A stretch of DNA of 64,000 nucleotides from the NCBI GenBank assembly GCA_024137785.1, contig JAHRHZ010000115.1, positions 515,579-579,578 on the forward strand, in the 5' to 3' direction. Positions 50,394 to 62,887 of the stretch are shown here, piece by piece. Each line of letters starts with the position of its first letter. The stretch's first letter is position 1. Origin of the DNA: Ginglymostoma cirratum. Taxonomy: Eukaryota. The notes under the pieces were generated by a model that was not told the DNA's origin, did not search any database, and was given only the letters and a program-made list of their open reading frames with translations. The position numbers and the translations under genes are program-made.

Positions 50394-51824
50394 ATGGAAA
50401 AACCATGGAAATGTGAGGAATGTGGTAAAGGATTTGATTACCCGTCCCTGCTGGAAAACCATCGACGTTATCACACTGGAGAGAAGCCGTTTATTTGTTC
50501 TGTATGTGGGAAGGCATTTACTCAGTCATCTGGCCTTTGGTCACACCAGCGAGTTCACACTGAGGAAAAGCTGTTCAGCTGCACTTCCTGTGGAAAGAGA
50601 TTCAGGCATTCTTCTGCCCTTACTGTGCACCAACGCACTCACAACGGAGAAAAACCATTCACCTGCTCTGAGTGTGGAAAGGGATTCACTCATTTATCCA
50701 CCCTGCAGGCACACCAGCGAGTCCACACTGGGGAGAAGCCATTCACCTGCTCAGAGTGTGGGAAGGATTTCACTCAGTTGTCCACCCTCCAGATACACCA
50801 GCGAGTTCACACTGAGGAGAAGCTGTTCAGCTGCACATCCTGTGGAAGGAGGTTCAGGCATTCTTCTGCCCTCACTGTGCATCAACGCACTCACACTGGG
50901 GAGAGGCCGTTCACCTGCTCTGACTGTGGGAAGAAATTCACTCAGTCCTTTCATCTTCAGGCACATCAGCGCATTCATACAGGGGAGAGACCTTTCTCCT
51001 GCTCTGTGTGTGGGAAGGGATTCATTGTTTTACCCACTCTGCTGAGACACCAGCGAATTCACACAGATGAGAGGCCTTTTAAATGCCCCGATTGTGAGAA
51101 GGGTTTTAAAAGTTCCCAGGAGCTGACGCTCCATCAACGTATTCACACCAATGAGAGGCCGTTCAGGTGCTCTCACTGTGGGGCTGGATTCAGGAGATCA
51201 TCTGACCTCATTCTCCACCAACGAATTCACACTGGGGAGAGGCCATTCACCTGCTCCGAGTGTGGAAAGGGATTCACTCGGACAGCCAATCTTCTGAAAC
51301 ACCAGCGATTTCACACTGAGGAAAGACCATTCAGCTGCTCAGAGTGTGGGAAAGGATTTACTCAGTCCTCCACCCTGCTGACACACCAGCAAGTTCACAC
51401 CACTGAAAGGCCTTTCAAATGTCCAGACTGTGGGAAGTGCTTTAAAATTTCCGGGGAGCTGATGCGCCATCAACGTGTTCATACTGACGAGAGACCATTC
51501 AGGTGCTCTCACTGCGGGACTGGCTTCAAACAATCATCTCAACTCAGTATGCACCAGAGAATTCACACTGGAGAGAGGCCCTTCACCTGTTCCGAGTGTG
51601 GGAAGGGGTTCACTCGATCATCCCATCTGATGATGCACCAGCAGATTCACACTGGAGAAAGGCCTTTCATATGCTCCACGTGTGAAAAGAAATTCACTCA
51701 CTTATCCAACCTGCGGAGACACCAGCGAGTTCACACAGGGGAGAAGCCATTCGCCTGCTCCGAGTGTGGGAAAGGATTCACTCGGTCATCTAACCTGCTG
51801 GCCCACCAGCGAGTTCATGAGTAA
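50394..51824 (+). CDS. C2H2 zinc-finger protein, 476 aa, 17 intact fingers, no effector domain in this ORF
   Basis: Kozak GCCATGG, MEKPWKC start, 17 C-x2-C-x12-H-x3-H units with TGE(K/R)P-type linkers. Confidence 0.93.
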   Translation: MEKPWKCEECGKGFDYPSLLENHRRYHTGEKPFICSVCGKAFTQSSGLWSHQRVHTEEKLFSCTSCGKRFRHSSALTVHQRTHNGEKPFTCSECGKGFTHLSTLQAHQRVHTGEKPFTCSECGKDFTQLSTLQIHQRVHTEEKLFSCTSCGRRFRHSSALTVHQRTHTGERPFTCSDCGKKFTQSFHLQAHQRIHTGERPFSCSVCGKGFIVLPTLLRHQRIHTDERPFKCPDCEKGFKSSQELTLHQRIHTNERPFRCSHCGAGFRRSSDLILHQRIHTGERPFTCSECGKGFTRTANLLKHQRFHTEERPFSCSECGKGFTQSSTLLTHQQVHTTERPFKCPDCGKCFKISGELMRHQRVHTDERPFRCSHCGTGFKQSSQLSMHQRIHTGERPFTCSECGKGFTRSSHLMMHQQIHTGERPFICSTCEKKFTHLSNLRRHQRVHTGEKPFACSECGKGFTRSSNLLAHQRVHE

Positions 51825-51889
51825 CTGCACTGATTGGATCTTGCTGTTAATCACGGCCAAGATGTTCATAAACTCCAGTCCAGTTAGAC

Positions 51890-52290
51890 AGAATTGTTAT
51901 GGTGTAGAACTAAGCCATTCAGCCATTACATCTACATTAGTTCTCTGAGGTATTATGCCTAACTCAATTCTCTCACATTTTTCCTGTAAACTTGCTTGTT
52001 ATTTAACCTTAATTATCAGCTAAATACCTCTTCTTCAATGCCTCTTTGGAACCTGCGTCCACCATATTTCCAGACAGTCTATTCCAATTCCAGATCCTGA
52101 CTACACTTGTGAAAAAAAATGTTTGCCTCATAGTTGCCTGTTTTGCAAAACACTTAAAAGTTGTGCCCTTTGGTTTGCATTCCTTTTGACAAGCAGGAAC
52201 AGTTTCTCCCCATCAATTGACATGCAGTCATGATTTTGAAAACTTGCAACAAATATCCTCTTAGTCTCATTTCCAAAGAAACTGTTCCCA
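51890..52290 (-). mobile_element. Old CR1 3' fragment
   Basis: Resembles the CR1 3' ends at 25010 and 27430. Confidence 0.6.
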
Positions 52291-52296
52291 AAGTCA

Positions 52297-52519
52297 GGGT
52301 GGCACAGTGACTCAGTGATTAGTCCTGTTGTTTCAAAGCACCAGGGAACTTGGTTCAATTCCACCCTCAGGCAACTGTCTGTGTGGAGTTTGTACATTCT
52401 CCCTGTGTCTGCGTGAGTTTCCTCCCACAGTCCAAAGTTGTGCAGGTTAGATGGATTGGCCATGCTAATCTCAGGGTTACACGGGTAGGGGTGGATCTGG
52501 GTGCGACGTTCTTCAGAGG
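52297..52519 (+). mobile_element. HE1 SINE running into a gap
   Basis: Head and V domain. Confidence 0.85.
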
Positions 52520-52919
52520 NNNNNNNNNNNNNNNNNNNNNNNNNNNNNNNNNNNNNNNNNNNNNNNNNNNNNNNNNNNNNNNNNNNNNNNNNNNNNNNNN
52601 NNNNNNNNNNNNNNNNNNNNNNNNNNNNNNNNNNNNNNNNNNNNNNNNNNNNNNNNNNNNNNNNNNNNNNNNNNNNNNNNNNNNNNNNNNNNNNNNNNNN
52701 NNNNNNNNNNNNNNNNNNNNNNNNNNNNNNNNNNNNNNNNNNNNNNNNNNNNNNNNNNNNNNNNNNNNNNNNNNNNNNNNNNNNNNNNNNNNNNNNNNNN
52801 NNNNNNNNNNNNNNNNNNNNNNNNNNNNNNNNNNNNNNNNNNNNNNNNNNNNNNNNNNNNNNNNNNNNNNNNNNNNNNNNNNNNNNNNNNNNNNNNNNNN
52901 NNNNNNNNNNNNNNNNNNN
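52520..52919. other. Assembly gap
   Basis: Run of N. Confidence 1.
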
Positions 52920-52994
52920 CCGAAACGTCAGCTTTCCTGCTCCTATGATGCTGCTTGGCCTGCTGTATTCATCCAGCTCTACACCTTGTTATCC
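52920..52994 (+). mobile_element. Penelope family 1, 3' end (hammerhead cut by the gap)
   Basis: CCGAAACGTCAGC..CCTTGTTATC. Confidence 0.85.
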
Positions 52995-53147
52995 CAGTCA
53001 CTTGTCAATTCTTTTGGAAGTTCAACACTGTCCTGCTCACAGTTTACACTGATTCAAAACTTGGAAACATTCACAAAATTTAATGTTGACCCTTGCACAT
53101 CAATGTCTAAATCATTTATGTGTATGTCAGGAAAAGCAAAGCATTTT

Positions 53148-53488
53148 CATTGAATCCCTACAGTGTGGAAACAGGCTATTTGGCCTAACAAGTTCACACC
53201 AAAACTCCGAAGAGCATCCCACCCAGACTCAAACCCCTCCACTCTATCTCTGTAGCCCTGCATTTCCCATGGCTAATTCACCTAACATACATGTTCCTGG
53301 ACACTGTGAGCAATTTAGCATGGCCAGTCTACCTCATCTGCACATCGTTGGACTGTGGAGGAAAGAGGAGCCCCCAGACGAAACCCTCGCAGATACAGGG
53401 AGAAAGTGCAAACTCCATACAGACAGTCGACCAAGGCTGAAATCAAACTCGGGTCCCTGGTGCTGTGAGGCAGCATTGCTGACCACTA
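53148..53488 (-). mobile_element. HE1 SINE
   Basis: Reverse complement of the HE1 copies at 39555 and 56014. Confidence 0.88.
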
Positions 53489-54613
53489 ACTTGTGTAGAA
53501 CTAACTTCAGGGGTCTCCACTGAAAATCTTACAGCCAAAAAATGTGTTAGCCATTCCTCTCTGTTTCCCATCACTCAGCCAATTTTGTATCCATGTTACT
53601 CCTGTCCCTTTTATTCCATACATTTCACTTAAGTTTCTTGTGTGACACTGTTTTAAACAGCATTTGGAAATCCATGTAGACTACTGCAACAGTACCACCT
53701 TCAACAGTTCTGTTGAATGTCTTGCTTCAGGGTTTCCAGTACTCGGCTCACAACAGGCCTTCCAGGTCTCTGACGATTTTATCCCCCAGCAGCGAATACT
53801 GCAGTTGAACTGAGTTGGTTGTAACTCTGTTGTATTGTTTAGTTACTGAATTGATTCACATTACTTCCAGGTATTTTGGTAAATGTGCTAATGAGGAAAG
53901 CAATGGGACTGTTCAATACATCCCTCCTCTATGGTCCTGCACAAACCTTTATTCATTGTATAACCTTTCAGTTCCAAATAAGATTGGCCAAGACCCTGGA
54001 GGACTCACTGCTAACCATCTTATCAGATCACACATTCCTTCTGCCAGAAACTGCAGCATGGAATTTAAAACAGGCTGATGGAGTTTGAAGTATGACCCAG
54101 TCCTTTAACATAATCACGGATTCATGATTAACTCTTCAATTTAATGAACTGACACTGACAACTTATTCAGTCATATACTTCTGACTGGTGACAAATTCAC
54201 ACATTTGGTTAAATGCCTTCCTGAGTTAAATATTAGTCTTAAAATGACTCCCTTATAAAATGTAAGTCGTTTGAAAAGGGTGAATTTCTACTTAAGTGAA
54301 CTACCCAGGTTCACTCACAGGTGTCTGTATAAAGATCTTCCCTTACCACCTCCTTCAAGGTTGCAATGTCTTCAGTAGTGGTCAGACAATCAAATCAATT
54401 TCTCTTTAAAAGTTCGTAGGCAAAGGCAGTAACATTTCCAAGAGAGCTTCTGTAAAGACTTCATCTTTTTATTTTGGATTGTGGAACAAAGTGGGGAAAC
54501 AAAATTAAGCAAAGGTCTGTGGATGGAGTTGCTGCACTTCCTAAAAACATGTTACTGAAACTCATTGTGAGTTGTGTTCACACTGTTAGTTTCTTTACAC
54601 AGTGGGGGAAGAG

Positions 54614-55338
54614 AGTTAAGAGGCTATGGCACTGGGTATGTGCAAACAGTTGAGTTGACTTGAAGTCTGAAGGCATCAGTATGACCAAAATTCTCTGATG
54701 CTCCTGATTAGCTGAATGCTGTGGTTCTGAACAACACAGAGAGAAGCCTCCAGGTTGCAGAAATGAGTATCATCCTTGCTCGCGCGCTCTCTGTAGTGAA
54801 GTAATCAAAGTTTGGAAGACAGCAAGAGATTATCTCCCGCCAGCTGCTGTGAACAGTTGCCTCTACTAATAATCAAAAGATTTGACAATTAGCGTGCTAA
54901 CTACCCTGTGTCTTTTGTGAAGAGCTGAATGTATGTGTAAGTCAGGAGATGGGAGAATAAAAGGTTTTGGAAAACAGAAAGAACAATTGGGGGGTGGCAT
55001 GGAGCGGGGGGAGTTCAGAGTTTGAACTATTAAGAGTTGTGTGTTGGTAATTCATATTTTTTCTGATGAAGGGTTTAGGCCCGAAACGTCAAGTTTTCCT
55101 GCTCCTATGATGCTGCTTGACCTGCTGTGTTCATCCAGCCCCATGCTTGTTATCTCATATTTGTGTTTGCCAATGGTTAGGAATGATCTATTTGCAATAA
55201 AGACCAGTTGTTATGAAGTACAGAAACCTGGTCAGTGTTTTCAGTTTATATTTTATATATAAATCTTTATATTTGGCGGTGCCCCTAGAGAGTAGTGGGG
55301 CTCAAGTATCAGGGCACTTTCCCAATTGGGTCATGACA
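54614..55338 (+). mobile_element. Possible LTR relic
   Basis: Preceded by purine tract AGTGGGGGAAGAGAG, internal AATAAA at about 55196, ends GGGTCATGACA; 5' TG is not intact. Confidence 0.3.
55060..55154 (+). mobile_element. 95-bp Penelope family 1 mini-insertion starting at an intact hammerhead core (55063-55090)
   Basis: Nearly identical to 35504-35589; TSD TCATATTT at 55052-55059 and 55155-55162. Confidence 0.88.
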
Positions 55339-56013
55339 ACCTGTCAACTTATTAGTCTCATCCCCACTTTTCTTTCAGTAGAATGTACATTAGCAACAGA
55401 CAAATGCATTCCATTGAACTGGACCCAAGGTGTGTTAATCCAGTTCTCATTGAGTGCGTTCTTTAAACATATCTCTTAACCTCAGTCACCTCCTCTCTCA
55501 ATAAAACTTTACACATCCAGTTAGTTATTTTCCTCCCATGTTCATAAATCCTGGAGAAATATTGCTCTTTCAAAATTGTCTTTCAAAAATAAATCAATGT
55601 TTTATTCATTTCAGCATAAACGTAATTTGTTTTTTTTTATTTTAGTTGGCATATTTTACTTTGAATTACCATGGTAAGTTGTGCCATTTTTAAAATCAGT
55701 GACAGCCTAATTTGAAGTAGCTGACAGGTTTTTCTAATGTTAATTGTTTTCTGTCAGTTGAAACTGAATTTTCTCTACCCCGAACCACTGAGACTGTTTG
55801 TCATGAGATTTTGCTCTTTTTCTAAAATGGAGAGTTTGTTTCCAATGCAGGAAATTGGCACCACCATTTAATATGACAACCGTCCGCCATTTGCACGAGC
55901 CATAACTCGCAAAACATCACACCATCTTGATACCAATTCAAACACACAGTTTTCTCTTTCCACGTTGACCTAAGTGGCTTTGTGTCGCATATTGTGTTCT
56001 AAATGAATTAACT

Positions 56014-56330
56014 GGGTGGCACGGTGGCTCAGTGGTTAGCACTGCTGCCTCACAGCACCAGAGACCCGGGTTCGATTCCAGCCTTGGGCGACTGTGTGGA
56101 GTTTGCACATTCTCCCCGTGTCTGTGTGGATTTCCTCCGGGTGCTCTGGTTTCCCCCACAGTCCAAAGATGTGCAGGTTAGGTTGATTGGCCATGCTAAA
56201 TTGCCCGTAGTGTTCAGGGAGGTGTAGATTAGGTGGGTTGTAGGGTGTTGTGTCTGGGTGGGATGGTCTGAGGTTTGGTGTGGACTTGTTGGGCCAAAGG
56301 GCCTGTTTCCACACTGTAGGGATTCTATGA
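56014..56330 (+). mobile_element. HE1 SINE, young full-length copy
   Basis: Intact A box TGGCTCAGTGG and B box GGTTCGATTCC. Confidence 0.95.
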
Positions 56331-56994
56331 CAAAACTGTGCCTGCAGTTTCTACAGTGTTTACTTTGAATCAGAATCAGAAGGCTTGAAGTCCTAACTTT
56401 AGCCTAACATTTGCTCAGACCGGGAAAACTGAGAATAGGAGAAGGTGCCACATCCAGCACAGATATTGGCTGCATCATACATTTGTGTGGTCCACAACAT
56501 CCAGAAGACTGCCATTTGCCAACACAGGGATCTGCATTCCCTCTAGACTGTGACCAGGAAACCATTCTGAGGAGACTCAAATGAAAGCAAACTATTGTGA
56601 ATCCTGGATCTCTGAAATAGACACAGAGACTGAAAGTTTACTGGGTTTGGTGGATTATCAGTGCATTCACACCAGGCAGAAACTGTTTCAATATTCTGTG
56701 CCTGGGTAATGATTTACTGAGTCACTGCAAATCTACAGGTGATTCCAGAAGTTGAACTCTGTTATCATTACTGCTGGTTCTGTCTGGATGCGTGACCAAT
56801 TCACATTCTCCTATTTCCTGATGGATAATGGAGGATTCATTTAGTTGCATTTGAGTAACAAATTGTTTCCTTGCTTTACTATTTGCATCCGTGGCCAAAT
56901 CTCCAGATGCAACAGCAAAACAAGTATTAATCTTCAGTTTCTAGAAAAAAATCAATGGTGGTGATATTACCCATCATCCACTCAGGCAGTGATA

Positions 56995-57200
56995 GTCCGC
57001 TATCCACATCACAGGCAGAGCGGTGCACGGGCGGGTCAGTGAGTTCGGGCCTGGGCGGAGGGAGCGATGGAGCTGGTGGCTGGTGAGAGCGGCTCCCTCT
57101 GTGAACAGGGTATGTGGCGGCAAAGGCCAGGGTAGGAGCTCTTGGTTCTGGGTGTGCAGAGATTTGGGGCAGTGACGGGTAGTGGGGTGGGGGGGTGGGA
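56995..57200 (+). promoter_or_regulatory. GC-rich promoter/first exon of the downstream ZNF pseudogene
   Basis: GC boxes GGGCGG, candidate donor GG/GTATGT at about 57110, acceptor TTTTTGCAG at 57621. Confidence 0.45.
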
Positions 57201-57620
57201 GTTGGACTAACAGATGGGTTTTATTAACTCCTTTTCCAGATTGGGAGGATCTACAAACTGCAACCCAGAGAAATGTTTATCTCTTCCCGCTGATGGGGTT
57301 TATAAACTTAAAAATAATGCAGCCTTTGGGAAAGATTGAAGATTGGGGCCCGAAAGGAAGGCTCAGCAGTGACTTGACAGAGCAGTTTAAAATGATCGAT
57401 GTTTTGGATGGGGTTTATATGTACAGAATTTTTCAACATGAAATTTTTTTTCACTTAGAGTGGTTAAAATGTAGAATTCACAGAAAATAGTACAGGCAAA
57501 GAACAAAGATATGTTCAAAAGGAAATTAGAATAGTCTGAGAGGGAGAAGAGATCAGAAAAATAAGTCAGAAGACTGAGGTGAGGTGAATGAAATGGAAGA
57601 GAAAATATACTCTTTTTGCA

Positions 57621-59435
57621 GGGTATTCACGGGTTGGACATCCAGAAGCTGCAACAAGTCATCACATCAAAATCAGACAGAGTCATTCAGTTCATCAGAT
57701 TCTGAATACCATCAGCCTCTGAATGCGGAGAGAGAAATGCTTGTCTGTGAGAAAAGATTTTAAACATGAGTGTGACTGCAAAAGCACCAAGACACACACC
57801 CAAGGGAAAGTGTTCCAGTGAACTGACCGTGGTAAGAGCATTAACCAGTTATACAGCCTGAAAAATAATGACACCATCCACAACAGGGAGAGACCATTCA
57901 TGTGTTTTGTCTGTGCAAATCAGTTTCATTCAATCATTGAACCTGGAAAGAATCAAGAACACTGACACCATGGAGAAACTGTGGAAATGTGGGGTGTGTG
58001 GGAAGGGATTCAGTTACCCATCAGGGTTGGAAACTCATCAACACAGTTACACTGGGGAGAGGCCTTTCAGCTGCTTCGTGTTTGGGAAGCAATTCACTCA
58101 GTCATCCAGCCTCTACACATACCAGCATGTTCACACGGGGGAGAGGCCAATTCTCCATGTATGTACAGAAATTGAACGCTTTATCAACCCTCCGGATGCT
58201 TGAGCAGGTTCACTCCGATGCAAGATCGTTTAAATGTTCTGATTGTGAGAAGAGTTTTAAAAGCAGAAAGGATACATTGATACGTCAATGCAGTCACACT
58301 GGGGAGAGACCATTGACCTGCAAAGTGTGTGGGAAAGGATTCACTCAGTCATCCCACCTCCTGACACATCAACTTGTTCACACTGATGAGAGACCTGTTA
58401 AATGTTCTGACTGTGAGAAGAGCCTTTAGGTGTAAAAAGGGTTTACTGAACCACCATTGCACTCTGACTGGAGAGAGACCGTTCATCTGCTCTGTGTGTG
58501 GGTAGGGATTTACTCGTTCATCCTACCTTCTGACACATCAATTTGTTCACACTGTTGAGAGACTTTCTGGATGTCATGACTGTGAGAAAAAGATTTAAAT
58601 GTGGAAAACATCTTCTTAAACACCAGTACACTTACACAGGGGAGAGGCTATTCTTCTGCTCTGCCTGTGGGAAAGGATTCACTCGAATATCTCACTTGCT
58701 GAGACACCAGTGAGTTCTCACTGGGGTGAGGCCATGCTCCTGTGCTAAGTGAGAACAGGAATTTGTCGATTTATCCAATCTCTGATCCACCAGCGAGTTC
58801 ACACTGGGGAGAGGCCACACTCCCCACAAATGATGGGGAGATGATGGCCTAGTGGTGTTATCACTGGACTGTTAATCCAGAGACCCAGACAACGTTCTGG
58901 GGAAGTGGGTTTGAATCCTGCCTCAGCAGATGGTGGAATTTGAATTCAATTAAAAAATATCTGGAAATAAGAATCTAATGATGACCATGAATCCATTGCT
59001 GATTGTCAGAAAAAAACCCACCTGGTTTGCTAATGTCCTTTAGGGAAGAAAACTGCCATCCTTACCCATTCTGGCCTACACGTGACTCCAGACCCGCAGC
59101 ACTGTGTTTGACTCTTAACTGCCCTCTGGGCAATTAGGATTGGCAATAAATGCTGCGGTTAGTGACGCCCTCATCCCATTAATGAATAAAGAAAAAAAAA
59201 CCTGCTCCCTGTGTGGCAAGAGATTCATTCACTCGTCCCACCTCACCACACACCAATTTGTTCATGCTGATGACAGACTTTTTAATGTTCTGACTGCGAG
59301 AAGAGGTTTAAAAGTAAACAGAATCAGCTGAAAGGTCAACAAATTCACACTGGGGAGGTACCTTTCGTCTTCTCCATGTGTGGGAAAGGTTTCGCTCAGT
59401 CACACTACCTCCTGAAACACCAGCAACTTCACTTG
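57621..59435 (+). pseudogene. C2H2 zinc-finger pseudogene (MEKLWKC start at 57970) with a SINE insertion
   Basis: Many HTGERP fingers with frameshifts and stops, resuming at 59201 after the SINE. Confidence 0.9.
58835..59200 (+). mobile_element. tRNA-derived SINE, full length (family name not assigned)
   Basis: A box TGGCCTAGTGG, B box GGTTTGAATCC, body CCTTTAGGGAAGAAAACTGCCATCCTTACC, tail GGCAATAAATGCTG, A tract. Confidence 0.9.
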
Positions 59436-59564
59436 CGAAAGCAGCAATTGGATTCTGCTGTTATTGCTGCTGTAAACTGCATTCAGGACTGAACCTTGTC
59501 TGGCAATCCGTTTCCAGTGAGTTTCCACAGTTTTGTGTATATAATCAAGGATTTGAACTTCAAT

Positions 59565-59945
59565 TAGGGGCCATGATGAAGTTTGTGAATATCACAGAAG
59601 TTGGCCATGTGTCGGACAATGAGGAAGAAAGCTGTGGACTGCATGATGTCAATGGACTACTCGAGCAGGCAGAAATATGGCCAATGGAATTCATTCTGGA
59701 GGTAATGAATCTGGGAGGACATGGGCCAACTGGGCAAGAAAATGCACAATAATTGGTCAGATAATGAGAAGCACAGAGTAACAGCAAGCAGTTGGAGTGA
59801 TGTCCACAGATTCCCGAAGGTGGCTGGAGAGGCTGGTAAGAAGGTCAGTGAGACGTTTGGTTCAGCCAAGAATATGAGACCACACTGGAACCTTAGAAAA
59901 CACTAGTTAGAGCAGAGCTAGATTACTGTGGACAGTTCTCTTTGT
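59565..59945 (+). mobile_element. Old CR1 RT fragment
   Basis: VDNEEES..AEIWPMEF-type remnant. Confidence 0.6.
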
Positions 59946-60002
59946 CATATTAATCAACAAGAAAGTGAGATGAGATTAATTATCATGAAACTGAAAACAA
60001 TT

Positions 60003-60282
60003 TCATGGAATAATAGAATCCCCTACATGGATGCAGGCCATTCAGCCCATGAATCCACACTGACCCTGTGAAGAGCAGCCCACCCAGCCCCAATTCCATA
60101 CCCTCTCCCTTCAAGCCTTATCCCTGTCTGCATTTTCCATGGCGAATCCAACAAGCCTGAGCGTCACAGACACGGGGAGAATGTGCAAACTCCACACAAA
60201 CAATCACCCGAGGGTGGAATCGAACCTGGGTCCCTGGTGCTGGTAGGCAGCAGTGTTAACCAAAAAGTCACTGCGCTACCCC
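60003..60282 (-). mobile_element. HE1 SINE with internal deletion
   Basis: Head with GGTTCGATTCC and partial V domain. Confidence 0.8.
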
Positions 60283-60626
60283 TTTATAAATTTGTTTATG
60301 TAACTGCAATCAGTGTTCAATTTATCAAATGCAGCTGATGAAGATTAAGCTAACCTACAAGGTATTGTGACAGTGAAAATGTCTGAAGTTTTTCAGCCAA
60401 CTAAAATCTGCAGTGTTTTGATAATAGTAATTAAGAAAAACATTTTGACTAACTTACTATTAAATAAGATGACTTGTCTATAAGAGAAGTTGATTGTTGA
60501 CTCACTGATGAACCTATCTTGATTATAATCTGATTTATTTTGGCCTAGTTAATGAATAAACAAAAGGCAGGGTATCCCAGGCCCACGGAGTGCAAATCCA
60601 TTCCATGTGGGAAAACCAGGGTAATT

Positions 60627-61235
60627 AGAGTCACAGCACAGAAACAGGCCCTTCGACCAGGTTTACTAAGCTGATCTAGTCCCATTTGCCTGTGTTTCCT
60701 TATATCCCTCTGTCACTTTCCTATCCATGTACTTGTCCAAATGTCTTTTAAATTACCTCTACCAATTATTCTGGCAGCTCGTTCCATATACGCACCACCG
60801 TCTGAGTGAAAAAGTTGCCCCTTGGGACCCTATTAAAGCTTTCCCCTCTCACCATAAACCCATGCTCTCCTGTTCTGATCTTATCTACAATGGAAAAAAA
60901 AAGACCATTGCTATTCATCTCATCTCTGTCTGTAATGATTTTACAAATCTCCGTGATGTCATCCCTCAGTCTCCTCTACTCCAGGCTTGTCCAGCTTCTC
61001 CTTATAACTCAAATCTTCCAGTCTCGGCAACATCTTGGTAAATCTTTTTTGTGCCCTTTCCAGTTTAATAACATCTTTCCTACACCAGGGTGACCGGAAT
61101 TTTGTGTGCAGTACTCCAAATATGGCCTCACCAATATCTTGTATAGCTGTAACATGATGCTCCAATTCCTGTACTCACTGCTCTGACCAACAAAGGCAAG
61201 CATGCCAAATGCCTTCGTCATCAGCCTGTCAACCT
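60627..61235 (-). mobile_element. CR1/HER1 3' fragment
   Basis: KAFGMLAF..LYKILVRPYLEYC. Confidence 0.85.
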
Positions 61236-61239
61236 TTGA

Positions 61240-61800
61240 CACCAGGGACACAATTCTTGTAACTGATGAGAACACACATTTGACCACAGCTAATGAACTG
61301 CACTCAGTTCTGGTCCCCATACTCCAGGAACGATCTGACCCAGAGACGCTACAGACAAGATTGATCAGGATGTTTCCAGGATTGGAGAATGTCAGCTCTG
61401 AGGAAAGATTGGACAAGCTGGGATTGTTTTCTGTGAAACAGAGGAGACTGAGGTGAGGTTTCATTGAAATGATAAAATTATGGAGTCCAGATTGAGTGGA
61501 TAGGAAGGAACTATTCATTAATAGAGAGGTCAGTAACTCAAGGACTTCAATTTAAAACAATTCACAGAAAGAGGGGGAGGGGAGAAATCCAGAGTTGGTA
61601 GGGTGCTGGAACTCTTTGTCTGGTAGCATGTTAGAGGCAGAAACCCTCATCATTGTTAAAATGAAAGGACATGGATGCACTTGAAATGCTGGAACATACA
61701 GGTTATGGAATAAGATCCACAGAGTGGGAAGAGCCTGAATAGCTCTGTTTCAGCCTACACAAACAGGATGGGCCAAGTGGCCTCAATCTGTGCTGTAACA
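61240..61800 (+). mobile_element. Older CR1 3' fragment
   Basis: RMFPGLENVSSEERLDKLGLFS. Confidence 0.8.
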
Positions 61801-62299
61801 TTTGGATATTTTTATTCGAACAATTTAGTTTGTTTCTGATAATGTTAATAACCTCCCCAACTGGACTGGAGTTGAATATTCTGGAGAAATGTCAAATAAA
61901 TCAGCTTTGCTTCAAAAATGTCACTGCAGCTTGCTGTATTTCTCCCCTGAGGGTTTAATATCACCTGGAGCTCAGAAAGGACAATCTTGGGGGAGGATCG
62001 TACAGCAGCAGCAGAACGTCAGCCTGGACACATCCTTCAGGGTCACACTGAGGGAGACAAATAGCACTTTGGTCTTTCTCATCTCTGTTCACTGACAGCA
62101 AGGCACCGGGGTTGGTTAATCCTGCAGTGTGTAAGAAATGTGTCCCAGCCACTGTATTCCATAGCTCAGAGCTCTTAGACACAGAATAGAACCCTGTTTC
62201 CAACTGGGTTTAGAGTCAGAGGAAGAACAACGGTCGATGTTGGAAATGTGTTTCAAACCAGAGATTAGAATTTCCAAATTGAATGGTCATTTGAATCTT

Positions 62300-62720
62300 T
62301 TCCTACAATCCATACAATTCCATGGTTTCTCCAAGCTGCAGGTATTCTTGAGTCTCTCCTGGTTCGATGGTTAATTGAATGATTAATTCTCCACACAGAG
62401 TACACATGCGATTTCTCCTACATTGTGGATAGTGTGATGAGGGCTGTGTAACGGTCTTGAGGCCTTTCTACAATTGGTTCAATAGAACCACAGGTGTGTG
62501 CCTCAGTGTTTTCTCCAGTTACCTTGATGTTTGAAATCTTCTCCCACATACAGAGCCGAGAAAGATTTCTCCTTTCACGTTTCCAGGTCGATGATATCCA
62601 GGCTTTGAGTGATTTTGCTATAATGTTTGGTGAGAGTTTTGTTTCTGTAAACCCTTCCCTCTCACACACTGTAAAGGAGTTTGCAGAAGGGCTTACCTCT
62701 GTCAGTGCAGGATAGAGATC
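62300..62720 (-). pseudogene. Decayed ZNF module (acceptor, linker, lead fingers)
   Basis: CTGACAG..CAAACTCCTTTACAG acceptor, GGAGAAAT..TGTGGGAGAAGATTTCAAACATCA, and GGAGAAACCATGGAATTGT at about 62333-62315. Confidence 0.65.
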
Positions 62721-62887
62721 CAGAGCAGGCAGTCCCAGTTTGGATCAACATTTGTTCCTCCTCTCATTTGCGAACTGAGCCTGAGCCCTTTCCACTGGTT
62801 TAACCACTCAGTATTCTGGGCTTGCAGCCTACATGGATGTTTTTGAAGCCTCCAAACACACCCTCCCCACTCACCTGGTGACTGCCT

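Noticed and set aside
54300-54430. Minus-strand FAYEL..FDCLTTTEDIATLKEVV resembling a Gmr1/SCAN-like capsid relic
   Set aside because: Similarity is faint, interrupted by stops, and opposite in orientation to the nearby LTR candidate; would need an HMM search
58835-59200. Naming this SINE SacSINE1/DeuSINE
   Set aside because: I do not see the Deu/Nin core sequence in it, so the family is left unnamed
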